A stretch of DNA of 39,568 nucleotides from an uncultured Bacteroidota bacterium. GTDB taxonomy: Bacteria; Bacteroidota; Bacteroidia; Chitinophagales; Chitinophagaceae. Of the stretch, positions 27,060 through 35,618 are shown one piece after another; within the stretch, counting starts at the first letter, position 1, and every line of letters begins with the position of its first letter. The position numbers and the translations under genes are program-made. Location: the NCBI GenBank assembly GCA_903905685.1, contig CAIVHI010000319.1, positions 1-39,568 of the forward strand. Direction: 5' to 3'. Under the pieces are notes generated by a model, which did not search any database, was not told the origin of the DNA, and saw only the letters and a program-made list of their open reading frames with translations.

Positions 27060-28515
27060 TCATTTGGGCAAACCTGCAGCACAGACATTGGGGATACTGG
27101 AGAACCTTTTTGCAGGCCATTTTGGACGTAACCCAGAATCCGTAGTCACTTTGGGAGTGTCGGGGTCCGACCGTCGTTACTATCGCCTTACCGGTGGTGG
27201 AGACTCCGTAATAGGTACCTACAATATGAATGTGGCCGAAAACAATGCGTTTTTCTATGCCACGGAATTGTTTCGCCGGCACGGTATTTCGGTGCCCGAA
27301 GTGTATATCATCAACAAAGACCGTCGCGCCTATCTTCAGCAGGATTTGGGCAATGTATCGTTGTTCGACCGGGTTACCGGGGATGGTTATACCGATGAGG
27401 TGCGTAAATATTACCACCGCTCGCTACACCAATTGGCCAAGGTGCAATGGATAGCGGGTAGGGATGCCGACTACCGCCAATGCTTCACCTCCCGCCAATT
27501 TGACGAGAAGGCCATAATGGCCGACCTCCTATATTTCAAATACTATTTTGCCGACCTCCAAGACATTCCCTACAATAAGGCGGCCATGGCCGATGAAATG
27601 GAATTGTTGAGTCGCGACCTTGGCCGGGTGCAACCGCAAACTCTGATGTATCGCGACTTCCAGAGCCGCAATATCATGTTGCACGACGACAAGCCCTATT
27701 TCATAGACTATCAAGGGTTTATGCAGGGGCCACCGCAATATGACCTGGCATCTGTGCTTTGGCAGGCCAAAGCCCGTCTGCCCGAGGCTTGGAAGGAAGA
27801 CCTGCTCAATGGCTACATCTCCGCCCTCGGGGACCTTCATGTGCCCCGTATGGATGAAATCTATTTTCGGCGTGGATACGTCCAATTTGTCCTCATCAGG
27901 TTGCTTCAAGTTCTGGGTGCTTATGGTTTCCGGGGGTTGTTGCAACAAAAGACGCACTTCATCACCAGCATTGGTCCTGCATTGCAGCATTTGTCGCTGT
28001 TTTTGGAGAGCCATCCGCAAACCCCGCCTTATCCCGAGTTGCGCACGTTCCTCGAAAAGGTCTCTTCTGCCGAAATCCAGAAAAAGTATGCTGCGGCGGT
28101 GGCACCACAGGCACCCGCCCTTAAAGTATATATAGAGAGCTTCTCCTACAAAAACGGCATCCCTACTACCGACAGCCTCCATGGAGGCGGTTATGTGTTC
28201 GATTGTCGCGGGATAGAGAACCCCGGTCGCTATGAGCCCTACAAACAACTTACCGGGCTTGACGAGCCGGTGAAGCAGTTTTTGGAACGCGAATCGACGA
28301 TGCCCGATTTTATGAATCACGTGAATGCCATGGTGGGCATGCACGTCACCAATTTTGTGGAACGTGGGTTCGATGAACTGCGTGTCTCCTTCGGGTGCAC
28401 CGGTGGCCGTCACCGGTCGGTATATGCTGCCGAGAAATTGGCCAACTACCTGAAGTACCGCTTCGGGATTGAAGTTGTGCCGATACATACGAATAAGGAT
28501 AATTGGGTGAAATAG
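27052..28515 (+). CDS. Fusion protein: AmgK/APH-like sugar (aminoglycoside-type) kinase domain plus RapZ C-terminal domain
   Basis: The N-terminal part has the APH/AmgK catalytic loop YRDFQSRNIML and FIDYQGFMQGPPQYDLASVLW. From about nt 28084 the C-terminal part follows the RapZ C-terminal domain pattern: VYIESFSYKNGIP..GGYVFDCRGIENPGRYEPYKQLTGLDEPVKQFL..VSFGCTGGRHRSVYAAEKLANYL. There is no P-loop. Confidence 0.75.
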   Translation: MNNHLGKPAAQTLGILENLFAGHFGRNPESVVTLGVSGSDRRYYRLTGGGDSVIGTYNMNVAENNAFFYATELFRRHGISVPEVYIINKDRRAYLQQDLGNVSLFDRVTGDGYTDEVRKYYHRSLHQLAKVQWIAGRDADYRQCFTSRQFDEKAIMADLLYFKYYFADLQDIPYNKAAMADEMELLSRDLGRVQPQTLMYRDFQSRNIMLHDDKPYFIDYQGFMQGPPQYDLASVLWQAKARLPEAWKEDLLNGYISALGDLHVPRMDEIYFRRGYVQFVLIRLLQVLGAYGFRGLLQQKTHFITSIGPALQHLSLFLESHPQTPPYPELRTFLEKVSSAEIQKKYAAAVAPQAPALKVYIESFSYKNGIPTTDSLHGGGYVFDCRGIENPGRYEPYKQLTGLDEPVKQFLERESTMPDFMNHVNAMVGMHVTNFVERGFDELRVSFGCTGGRHRSVYAAEKLANYLKYRFGIEVVPIHTNKDNWVK

Positions 28516-29297
28516 TACAACAGCAGTAGGATGGTGAAAGAGTTGGCCAATCGTGCCACCACTTGACACCGTGTTTTGCCAACCCAAGTGGAGACTGTGT
28601 TTTGAACAAATGGGTCGCGATAGTTATTTCCATTTAGTGGGGTTGCACATTGTGCGGCTGCACGGGGGGCAATTGATTCCGGTGGCCCTTAAGTTACTTT
28701 TTTGGCCAATGGGAAGCCGTTATAGCATGGTGTAGCGACTCTTATGCCAATTGCCTGCAAGGCAGGATACAAAATGGTGAGCATTTGTTCTACTTTTTAG
28801 GGGTGGGCACCGGCGGCAGTTTGACCATAGTGCTTCGCAACTCCAACGGATGTTTCCAATCGGGTATTTACCCACTATATGTAGCCGCGGGTAAAGGTGC
28901 GGCCTCCTACATCGATTACGACCGAGATATGGATAAAGACTACTTGACCGACTCCATTCATTACGGGAGCCTGTATATCCATATCGATACCGTCAAACAA
29001 CGGATTTCCGATTCTTTTTCATTGGTGGCGAAATATCGTTCCGATACTACCACAGTGAACGTTACCCAATGGCAGTTTTTCGGAACCATACAGAATAGTT
29101 TGAGTGCCTCCCGGGCGTTCTTTGCGAGGTGCGGCGGGCCGTTTGTAGTATGTCGATTTCATTAGCCTATGGAATACGGAACTTCTAATACGGAACAAGC
29201 CGATGGATTCTTGCTGCGCGTATGCCTCCTTCGCAATAAATAGCTACCTTAGCGAAAGGCAGTGCCACTGATGGGTGTTGCACAATTTCTTCAACCC

Positions 29298-31568
29298 ATG
29301 GAGACGAAAAAGGAAAGCTTAGACATCATTAACGAAGACGAAGAGAAGAAAATCATTCTGCGCGAATACCGCGCCCTGTTGCGGGCATTGCGCGAACGCA
29401 TCAAGAAGGGCGATAAGGCCAAGTTGCGGCGGGCTTTCGAGATGGCAGCTGAGGCACATAAGGATATGCGCCGAAAATCGGGCATCCCCTACATCATGCA
29501 TCCGTTGGCTGTTGCCCGAATTGTAGTCGAAGAAGTTGGGCTCGGCATCACTTCCTCCATCTGCTCCTTGCTGCACGACACGGTGGAAGATACCGAAATC
29601 ACGCTTGAAGACGTGAAACATGAATTTGGCGAAAACATCGCCAAAATCATCGATGGACTTACGAAGATTTCGAATGTCGTGGATATCAAGGCCAACACCA
29701 CGGTGCAGGCTGAAAACTTCCGCAAAATCCTGCTTACCCTTGCCGACGACCCCAGGGTGATTTTGATAAAACTGGCCGACCGGCTGCACAACATGCGCAC
29801 ATTGGAGAGCCTGAGCCGGGAAAAGCAGTTGAAGATATGCTCGGAGACCACCTACATCTATGCTCCGCTCGCGCATCGGCTCGGTCTGTATCAAATCAAG
29901 TCTGAAATGGAAGACTTGGCCATGAAGTATACGCACCCGGAGGTTTACGTCGAAATTGCGCGATGCCTGAAGGAAACCAAGCGGGACCGTACCAAGTATA
30001 TCAACGAGTTCATCAAGCCCATTAAAGAAGAGCTCACCAACAGCAATTTCGAATTCCAGATTTACGGACGACCCAAGTCCATACATTCCATTTGGACGAA
30101 GATGAAGAACAAACATGTCACCTTCGATGAAGTGTACGACCTGTTCGCCATCCGCATCATCCTGAAGTCGGAGCCTGAGCGCGAAAAAGAGGATTGTTGG
30201 AAGGTTTATTCTGCGGTTACCAAATTCTATCATCCCGGTGCAGAGCGCTTGCGCGATTGGATAAGCGTGCCGAAGGGCAATGGCTATGAGGCCCTGCACA
30301 CAACGGTTATGGGGCCCGGTGGCCGTTGGGTGGAAGTGCAGATTCGCACGGAGCGGATGAACGAAATCGCCGAAAAGGGCCTCGCAGCCCATTGGAAATA
30401 TAAAGACGGCGCGCCAAGTGTGCAGGAAAACAAATTGGAGAGCTTCCTTCTGCACCTCCGCGAAATCCTGAACAATCCCGAAACCGACACCATCGACTTC
30501 ATACAGGATTTCAAACTCGACTTGTTCACCGAGGAAATCTATATCTATACCCCTAAGGGCGACATGCGGGTTCTGCCCAAGAACGCCACCATTCTGGACT
30601 TTGCCTTCGATATACATACCCACTTGGGATTCAATTGCATAGGAGCCAAGGTAAACTACAAGCTGGTGCCCTTGAGCCATCAACTGAAGAGTGGCGACCA
30701 AGTGGAAATCATCACTTCGTCCAAACAGAAACCGCAGAAAGAGTGGATTGACTTCGTCATTACAGCGAAAGCAAAGAGCACCCTGAAAAACTACCTGAAA
30801 GCAGAGCGCAAAAAAACCGCCGACGAGGGCAAGGCTCTATTGCAAGCCAAGTTCGCAGACCTGCACGTTCCCCTCAACCAAATCAATTTGGCAGAACTTC
30901 TGGCGCATTTCAAAAAGACGTCGGGTACCGAATTGTATTACGGAATTGCCGTGGGAAATGTGGATTTGCGGGACTTGCGTGAGTTCACCATTACGGGAGA
31001 AAAGCTGGTGGCCCCGTTGAGGGATGCAGCCCGTGCCGACCAAAAAGTCGTGGTTGAGGAAGAAATCGAGAGTGCGACTGCCAAGGCAGCCGTACCGAAA
31101 GGCACCGAAATATTGATTTTTGGCGACCAGTCGGACAAGGTACTCTATAAATTGTCGCAGTGCTGCCAACCCATTCCGGGCGATAACGTGTTTGGTTTCA
31201 AAGCATCCGACGGTATTCGAATCCACCGTACCGACTGCCCCAATGCGGCGCGGCTGCTTGCCAACTATGGGCATAAAATCATCAAAGCCAAGTGGGCGAA
31301 GAATAAGGAAATCTCATTCCTTACCGGTGTAAAGATTTTTGGGCTCGACGATGTTGGAGTAATACAGAAAATCACCAATGTGATTTCAGGAGACCTCCGG
31401 ATGAACATGAGGTCGTTGAGTATCGATTCGCAAGACGGGCTGTTTCAAGGCAACATCATGGTGTATGTACACGATAGGGAAGAATTGAACGCCTTGTGCG
31501 CCAAGTTGGGAGAGCTGGAAGGTATCCACAGTATTGAGCGGCTGGAGTCTAGTGCCGACCAGGGATGA
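29298..31568 (+). CDS. Bifunctional RelA/SpoT homologue ((p)ppGpp synthetase/hydrolase)
   Basis: HD hydrolase motifs (HPLAVA, LLHDTVEDT) and synthetase motifs (GRPKSIHSIWTKM, DLFAIRII, EVQIRT). These are followed by a TGS region (IYIYTPKGD..LPKNATILDFAF) and a C-terminal ACT-like region. Alternative starts are GTG 29262 and ATG 29271. Confidence 0.9.
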   Translation: METKKESLDIINEDEEKKIILREYRALLRALRERIKKGDKAKLRRAFEMAAEAHKDMRRKSGIPYIMHPLAVARIVVEEVGLGITSSICSLLHDTVEDTEITLEDVKHEFGENIAKIIDGLTKISNVVDIKANTTVQAENFRKILLTLADDPRVILIKLADRLHNMRTLESLSREKQLKICSETTYIYAPLAHRLGLYQIKSEMEDLAMKYTHPEVYVEIARCLKETKRDRTKYINEFIKPIKEELTNSNFEFQIYGRPKSIHSIWTKMKNKHVTFDEVYDLFAIRIILKSEPEREKEDCWKVYSAVTKFYHPGAERLRDWISVPKGNGYEALHTTVMGPGGRWVEVQIRTERMNEIAEKGLAAHWKYKDGAPSVQENKLESFLLHLREILNNPETDTIDFIQDFKLDLFTEEIYIYTPKGDMRVLPKNATILDFAFDIHTHLGFNCIGAKVNYKLVPLSHQLKSGDQVEIITSSKQKPQKEWIDFVITAKAKSTLKNYLKAERKKTADEGKALLQAKFADLHVPLNQINLAELLAHFKKTSGTELYYGIAVGNVDLRDLREFTITGEKLVAPLRDAARADQKVVVEEEIESATAKAAVPKGTEILIFGDQSDKVLYKLSQCCQPIPGDNVFGFKASDGIRIHRTDCPNAARLLANYGHKIIKAKWAKNKEISFLTGVKIFGLDDVGVIQKITNVISGDLRMNMRSLSIDSQDGLFQGNIMVYVHDREELNALCAKLGELEGIHSIERLESSADQG

Positions 31569-31572
31569 GTGA

Positions 31573-31620
31573 AAAAAGGAAGGGTTGGAGACCCCATTAT
31601 GGCTCCAACCCTTCCTTTTT
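31573..31620. terminator. Bidirectional terminator between the convergent RSH and slyD-like genes
   Basis: 18-nt arms aaaaaggaagggttggag (31573-31590) / ctccaacccttccttttt (31603-31620) with built-in A/T runs. Confidence 0.75.
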
Positions 31621-31639
31621 CTTATTTGCAGAAATTGGA

Positions 31640-32068
31640 TTATGCGATCTCTACCAATTCGATATCGAAAATGAGGTCTTTGCCGGCCAGCGGGTGGTTG
31701 GCATCGAGCACAACGGTTTCGTCATTCACTTCGAGTATAACGACAGGGAAAATGTTGCCGTCGTTGTCGCTCATCTGGAGCTCCATACCTACGGCAGGCT
31801 GCATGTCTTCGGGAAATTCGTCGATGGGATATTCTATCACCATTTCTTCGTTATGCTCGCCATAAGCGTCAGTCACAACAATTTCGACAACCTTTTTGTC
31901 GCCGGGAGACATGAGCAATACCGCATCATCGAATCCTTTGATTACTTGGCCATTGCCAACCACGAATTGGAGCGGAGCCCGGCCTTCCGAACTGTCGAAA
32001 ACGCTTCCATCACGAAGAGTACCGCGGTAGTGTACACTGACTCTGTCGCCTTTTTTTACTTGTTGCAT
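31640..32068 (-). CDS. slyD: FKBP-type peptidyl-prolyl cis-trans isomerase (SlyD-like, with an insert-in-flap domain)
   Basis: MQQVKKGDRVSVHYRGTLRDGSVFDSS..PLQFVVGNGQVIKGFDDAV..GDKK and C-terminal LDANHPLAGKDLIFDIELVEI. Start moved from 32146 to ATG 32068. Confidence 0.85.
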   Translation of the reverse strand: MQQVKKGDRVSVHYRGTLRDGSVFDSSEGRAPLQFVVGNGQVIKGFDDAVLLMSPGDKKVVEIVVTDAYGEHNEEMVIEYPIDEFPEDMQPAVGMELQMSDNDGNIFPVVILEVNDETVVLDANHPLAGKDLIFDIELVEIA

Positions 32069-32155
32069 TGTTTGACTACTTTTATGAATTAAGCACGCAA
32101 GGTAAGCTATTTGCTGTGACCCTGCACAAAAAAACGCGGCAGGCATTAAGGATAT

Positions 32156-33331
32156 ATGAAGTTCATTTCAATTTTTTTGGCCGCACTTTTTCCACTGGCG
32201 GCATTTTGTTTGGGCCATGCTCCAAAAACGGCTACACCTGCCGACTGTCTGCCGGGCGAGTATTTGCCGCTGCTTCAAGGCAAGCGCGTGGCACTGGTGG
32301 TCAATTCGTCGTCGGTGGTAGATGGCAGGAATCTCGCAGATTTTTTGCCAAGCAAACAGGTAAATGTAGTCAAGATATTTGTGCCCGAACACGGTTTTCG
32401 CGGCACGGCTGATGCCGGCGCCAAGATTGAAAGTACCATCGACAGTGCTAGCGGCTTGCCGGTTTTATCGCTATACGGTAGCCACAAAAAACCCAAGCCC
32501 GAGGAACTGGAGGATGTAGACGTGTTGGTTTATGACCTTCAGGACGTTGGGGTGCGGTTTTATACCTATATATCTACCATGCAGTACTGTATGGAGGCTT
32601 GTGCGGAGAACAAAAAGACCTTTGTTGTTCTGGACCGCCCCAACCCAAACGGCTTCTATGTTGACGGGCCAATATTGGATACGGCAAACCGATCGTTTGT
32701 AGGTATGCAACCCGTTCCTATCGTTTATGGCATGACTTGTGGCGAATATGCCGCCATGCTAAAAGGTGAGGCGGCATTTGCACACGCAGCCAGCTTGGAA
32801 CTGAAGGTAGTGCAGTGCAAGGGCTACGTCCACAACATGAAAATTGACTTGCCAACGCCTCCGTCACCCAATCTTAGATCCGCCGCTGCAATACATTCAT
32901 ATCCTTATCTGTGCCTGTTTGAAGGTACCCCCGTGAGTGTGGGCCGCGGTACAGACCACCCTTTCGAACAATACGGATGTCCCGATTTTGAAGGGAAATA
33001 TCCGCACGCCTTCACTCCCCGAACCGGAGCCATTGCGAAATCGCCACTTTACGAAGGCAAAGCGTGCTTCGGGAGGGAAACGGGCACTGATGCGGAGATT
33101 TTGGCGCAGCTTGAACATGGTGGATTAAATCTCGAACCCTTGATTGATGCCTATCGCAACTACCCGGACAAGGGAAAGTTCTTTTCGACTTTTTTCAAAA
33201 AGCTGGCGGGCACTACAAGTTTGGAGGAGCAAATTGCTGCAGGGATAACGGCCGAAGCAATTAAGGCAACCTGGTCGCACGGGTTGGAGGGTTTCAAAAA
33301 GGTGCGGGAAAAGTATTTGCTGTATCCCTGA
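32156..33331 (+). CDS. DUF1343 family protein (NamZ-type exo-beta-N-acetylmuramidase-like)
   Basis: Signal peptide, KRVALVVNSSSV, VKIFVPEHGFRG and VLVYDLQDVGVRFYTYISTM match DUF1343/NamZ signatures. Confidence 0.8.
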   Translation: MKFISIFLAALFPLAAFCLGHAPKTATPADCLPGEYLPLLQGKRVALVVNSSSVVDGRNLADFLPSKQVNVVKIFVPEHGFRGTADAGAKIESTIDSASGLPVLSLYGSHKKPKPEELEDVDVLVYDLQDVGVRFYTYISTMQYCMEACAENKKTFVVLDRPNPNGFYVDGPILDTANRSFVGMQPVPIVYGMTCGEYAAMLKGEAAFAHAASLELKVVQCKGYVHNMKIDLPTPPSPNLRSAAAIHSYPYLCLFEGTPVSVGRGTDHPFEQYGCPDFEGKYPHAFTPRTGAIAKSPLYEGKACFGRETGTDAEILAQLEHGGLNLEPLIDAYRNYPDKGKFFSTFFKKLAGTTSLEEQIAAGITAEAIKATWSHGLEGFKKVREKYLLYP

Positions 33332-33544
33332 CCCGCAACCGACAAAATATAAACCCCCGGTTTTTTAACCCGTAATTGCATTGCAATGCTCGTTCAAAAA
33401 AAATATTTGTCCCCAAAACCGTCTGTGGTGCAGTGTTTTGGCGAATAGGGGCGGTTGCCCTCCAAAATATATTATTACTGTGGTTGTGATTCGGAATTAT
33501 TCTCTAATTTAGTACCTTCAACCGAATAAAATTAAATTTGCGAT

Positions 33545-33952
33545 ATGAAACGTTTCATCATCACCTTTGCAATGCTTGCCGGGATAGCTTCGGCTGCATT
33601 TGCCCAAAACGCACAAGTAGCCGGCAATCAAGCCGACGCAGCACAAGTGGAAGCCTCCAAAAAGAAGATGGCCGAGCAAATGGCTGAGCGTCACACGCGC
33701 GAGCTGCAGCGTCAGTATGGCCTGACCGAAGAACAATACAAAAAGGCATACGAAGCCAATTTGGTGTTCTCTGCCAAGATGGTCAACAACCGCAATCCGA
33801 CCAACAAGACGGTTTCTCCAACGGAGATTCAGAGCATTATGGACGAGCGCGATGCCAAGTTGAAAACCATCATGACTCCCGACCAATACAAACAATACGA
33901 CATGGTTAAGCCCTCCACCGGAGCACGCAACAACCAGTCTGTAAACAGGTAG
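33545..33952 (+). CDS. Small secreted/periplasmic hypothetical protein
   Basis: Signal peptide MKRFIITFAMLAGIASAAFAQ. The charged helical body has repeated LTEEQYKK / TPDQYKQY-type motifs. Confidence 0.5.
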   Translation: MKRFIITFAMLAGIASAAFAQNAQVAGNQADAAQVEASKKKMAEQMAERHTRELQRQYGLTEEQYKKAYEANLVFSAKMVNNRNPTNKTVSPTEIQSIMDERDAKLKTIMTPDQYKQYDMVKPSTGARNNQSVNR

Positions 33953-33963
33953 TTTTCGATTTT

Positions 33964-34008
33964 CAACGGATTAAGCCCGAGCCAATTTGGCTCGGGCTTA
34001 ATCCGTTG
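33964..34008 (+). terminator. Long perfect hairpin after the small secreted protein gene
   Basis: caacggattaagcccgagcca (33964-33984) is the exact reverse complement of 33988-34008. The stem is about 20-21 bp with a 3-nt loop and no U-tract. Confidence 0.55.
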
Positions 34009-34202
34009 ATTGCTATTGTGGCCATTGACTGGCTAGTCAAGTAGGGAGTCTATTGTGCCACACCCGGTTCAGGTTACGGCAATATGAACCGATGTTGTAC
34101 CAATTGACCCACAATTTGTAGATTTACCTGCGGGTAGATATACATTCCGATATTTCGTATTTGACTAAAGGTGTTCTTCAATAAAAGGTAAAATTTAAGT
34201 GT

Positions 34203-35552
34203 ATGGCAGCAGCATGTATCGTTTTCGCAGATATTGTCGGCTTTTCAACCAAGCGTACGAGTCTACAGCGGGAGGTGATAGACTCGTTCAATAAAGAATT
34301 GCGCACTTTTCTATCGCAATTTTTCGACCCATTGACGGGTGAGTCGGAAGTTATTGCATTGCCGACAGGCGATGGTGCTTGTCTGTCCTTCCTCTTAGAC
34401 AACGATCGGCGCCGATGGAATGAGAAAACGATATTCGAATTGTGCATCCTGTTGCATAAGTGGGCGTACGAAATGAGTACTCCGGAAAACTCCGTGCAGT
34501 TGCGCCTCGGGGTGCATATGGGCATTGTCGATATCGTGCTTGACCTCAACAATAAAAAGAACGTTGTGGGCGATACCATCAATTTTGCTGCCCGTGTGAT
34601 GAGTGCCGCAAAAGCACGCCAAACGTACATTTCAGACACCGTTTTCAACGAATATGTAGGGGTGGCCACCCAATCGCTGGGTATAAGGGCCGGCGGTAAA
34701 GATTATCGTGTCCGCTTCGGCAAACCGGTAAAAATCTTCGCGAAGCACGACCGGGAGCTCACCTTGCATGATATGCTGTTGGAACCGCATGAGCGATTTA
34801 TGGATGCAGCCGGTGAAGAAGATGCACTGGGTGCCGGCGGCAAGACAATCCAGATTGAAAGGTTGGAATTCGAACCCGAGATGGTATTCGTTAATGGTGG
34901 GGTATTCAAAATGGGCAGTAAGGATGGCCAAAATTCCGAGAAGCCCATACACACAGTGGAAGTGGGCGACTTCCTTATCGGAAAATATCCGGTTACGCAA
35001 AAGCAGTGGAAGGCAGTAATGGGCAACAATCCCTCCAAGAATAAGGACAACGATAATCATCCTGTTGAACGGGTTTCGCTCGCGGAGGTGCAGGAATACA
35101 TCAAAAAACTTAATGAGAAGACCGGTAAGAGATACCGCCTGCCCACTGAGGCCGAGTGGGAATATGCGGCCAAAGGCGGAGATGCGAGCCAAGGGTTTAT
35201 ATATGCCGGTGGCAACGATTTGAAGGAAGTGGCTTGGGACTCTGAAAACAGCAAGGGCTCTACCCAAGCGGTGGGACTCAAAAAACCGAATGAACTTGGA
35301 TTGTACGATATGACCGGCAATGTTTGGGAATGGTGTAACGATTTTTATGACGAAAAATATTATTCGGTGAGTCCGGAGAAAGACCCTAAGGGTCCTGCCA
35401 ATGGCGACAACCGCGTAATAAGGGGTGGCAGTTGGATCAATTTCCCAGCCCGATACCGCACCACCGACCGCTACTTCAATTACCCCGGCGACCGTCGCAC
35501 TTACTTGGGGCTAAGGCTAGCATGCTCGTTAGACTATCCTATGGGGCTGTAA
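34203..35552 (+). CDS. Fusion protein: class III adenylate/guanylate-type nucleotidyl cyclase domain plus non-catalytic FGE/SUMF1 (formylglycine-generating-enzyme-like) domain
   Basis: The cyclase core starts at residue 5 (CIVFAD10IVGFS) and continues with LPTGD57GACLSF, LRLGVHMGIV and VVGDTIN127FAAR131V. The C-terminal half has MVFVNGGVFKMGS, HTVEVGDFLIGKYPVTQKQW, NHPVERVSLAEVQEYIKKLN, YRLPTEAEWEYAAKGG, GLYDMTGNVWEWCNDFY and RVIRGGSW. It lacks the FGE Cys pair, and no signal peptide or TM segment is seen. Confidence 0.85.
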   Translation: MAAACIVFADIVGFSTKRTSLQREVIDSFNKELRTFLSQFFDPLTGESEVIALPTGDGACLSFLLDNDRRRWNEKTIFELCILLHKWAYEMSTPENSVQLRLGVHMGIVDIVLDLNNKKNVVGDTINFAARVMSAAKARQTYISDTVFNEYVGVATQSLGIRAGGKDYRVRFGKPVKIFAKHDRELTLHDMLLEPHERFMDAAGEEDALGAGGKTIQIERLEFEPEMVFVNGGVFKMGSKDGQNSEKPIHTVEVGDFLIGKYPVTQKQWKAVMGNNPSKNKDNDNHPVERVSLAEVQEYIKKLNEKTGKRYRLPTEAEWEYAAKGGDASQGFIYAGGNDLKEVAWDSENSKGSTQAVGLKKPNELGLYDMTGNVWEWCNDFYDEKYYSVSPEKDPKGPANGDNRVIRGGSWINFPARYRTTDRYFNYPGDRRTYLGLRLACSLDYPMGL

Positions 35553-35618
35553 GTTGGGGGGTATTCCGGTTGCCGATTTCCGAATGGGGCAGAGTGGTGG
35601 AAGGCCATTTTGTTCAGG

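Noticed and set aside
27529-30701. Minus-strand ORFs 27529-28587 (352 aa) and 29319-30701 (460 aa). The same reasoning covers 18138-19007 (-), 15871-16683 (+), 21083-21895 (+), 9826-10422 (+) and 17310-17927 (-).
   Set aside because: Each lies opposite a gene with strong family signatures (kinase-RapZ fusion, RSH, GlmU-like/tpiA, hydrolase, TMTC-like, GH125, L31). None has a motif, signal peptide or sensible start context.
34860-35552. Interpreting the C-terminal half of the cyclase fusion as an active formylglycine-generating enzyme linked to sulfatase maturation
   Set aside because: The segment after RGGSW lacks the two catalytic cysteines of FGE. No sulfatase gene is nearby, and the protein has no signal peptide. 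A non-catalytic binding role is more likely.
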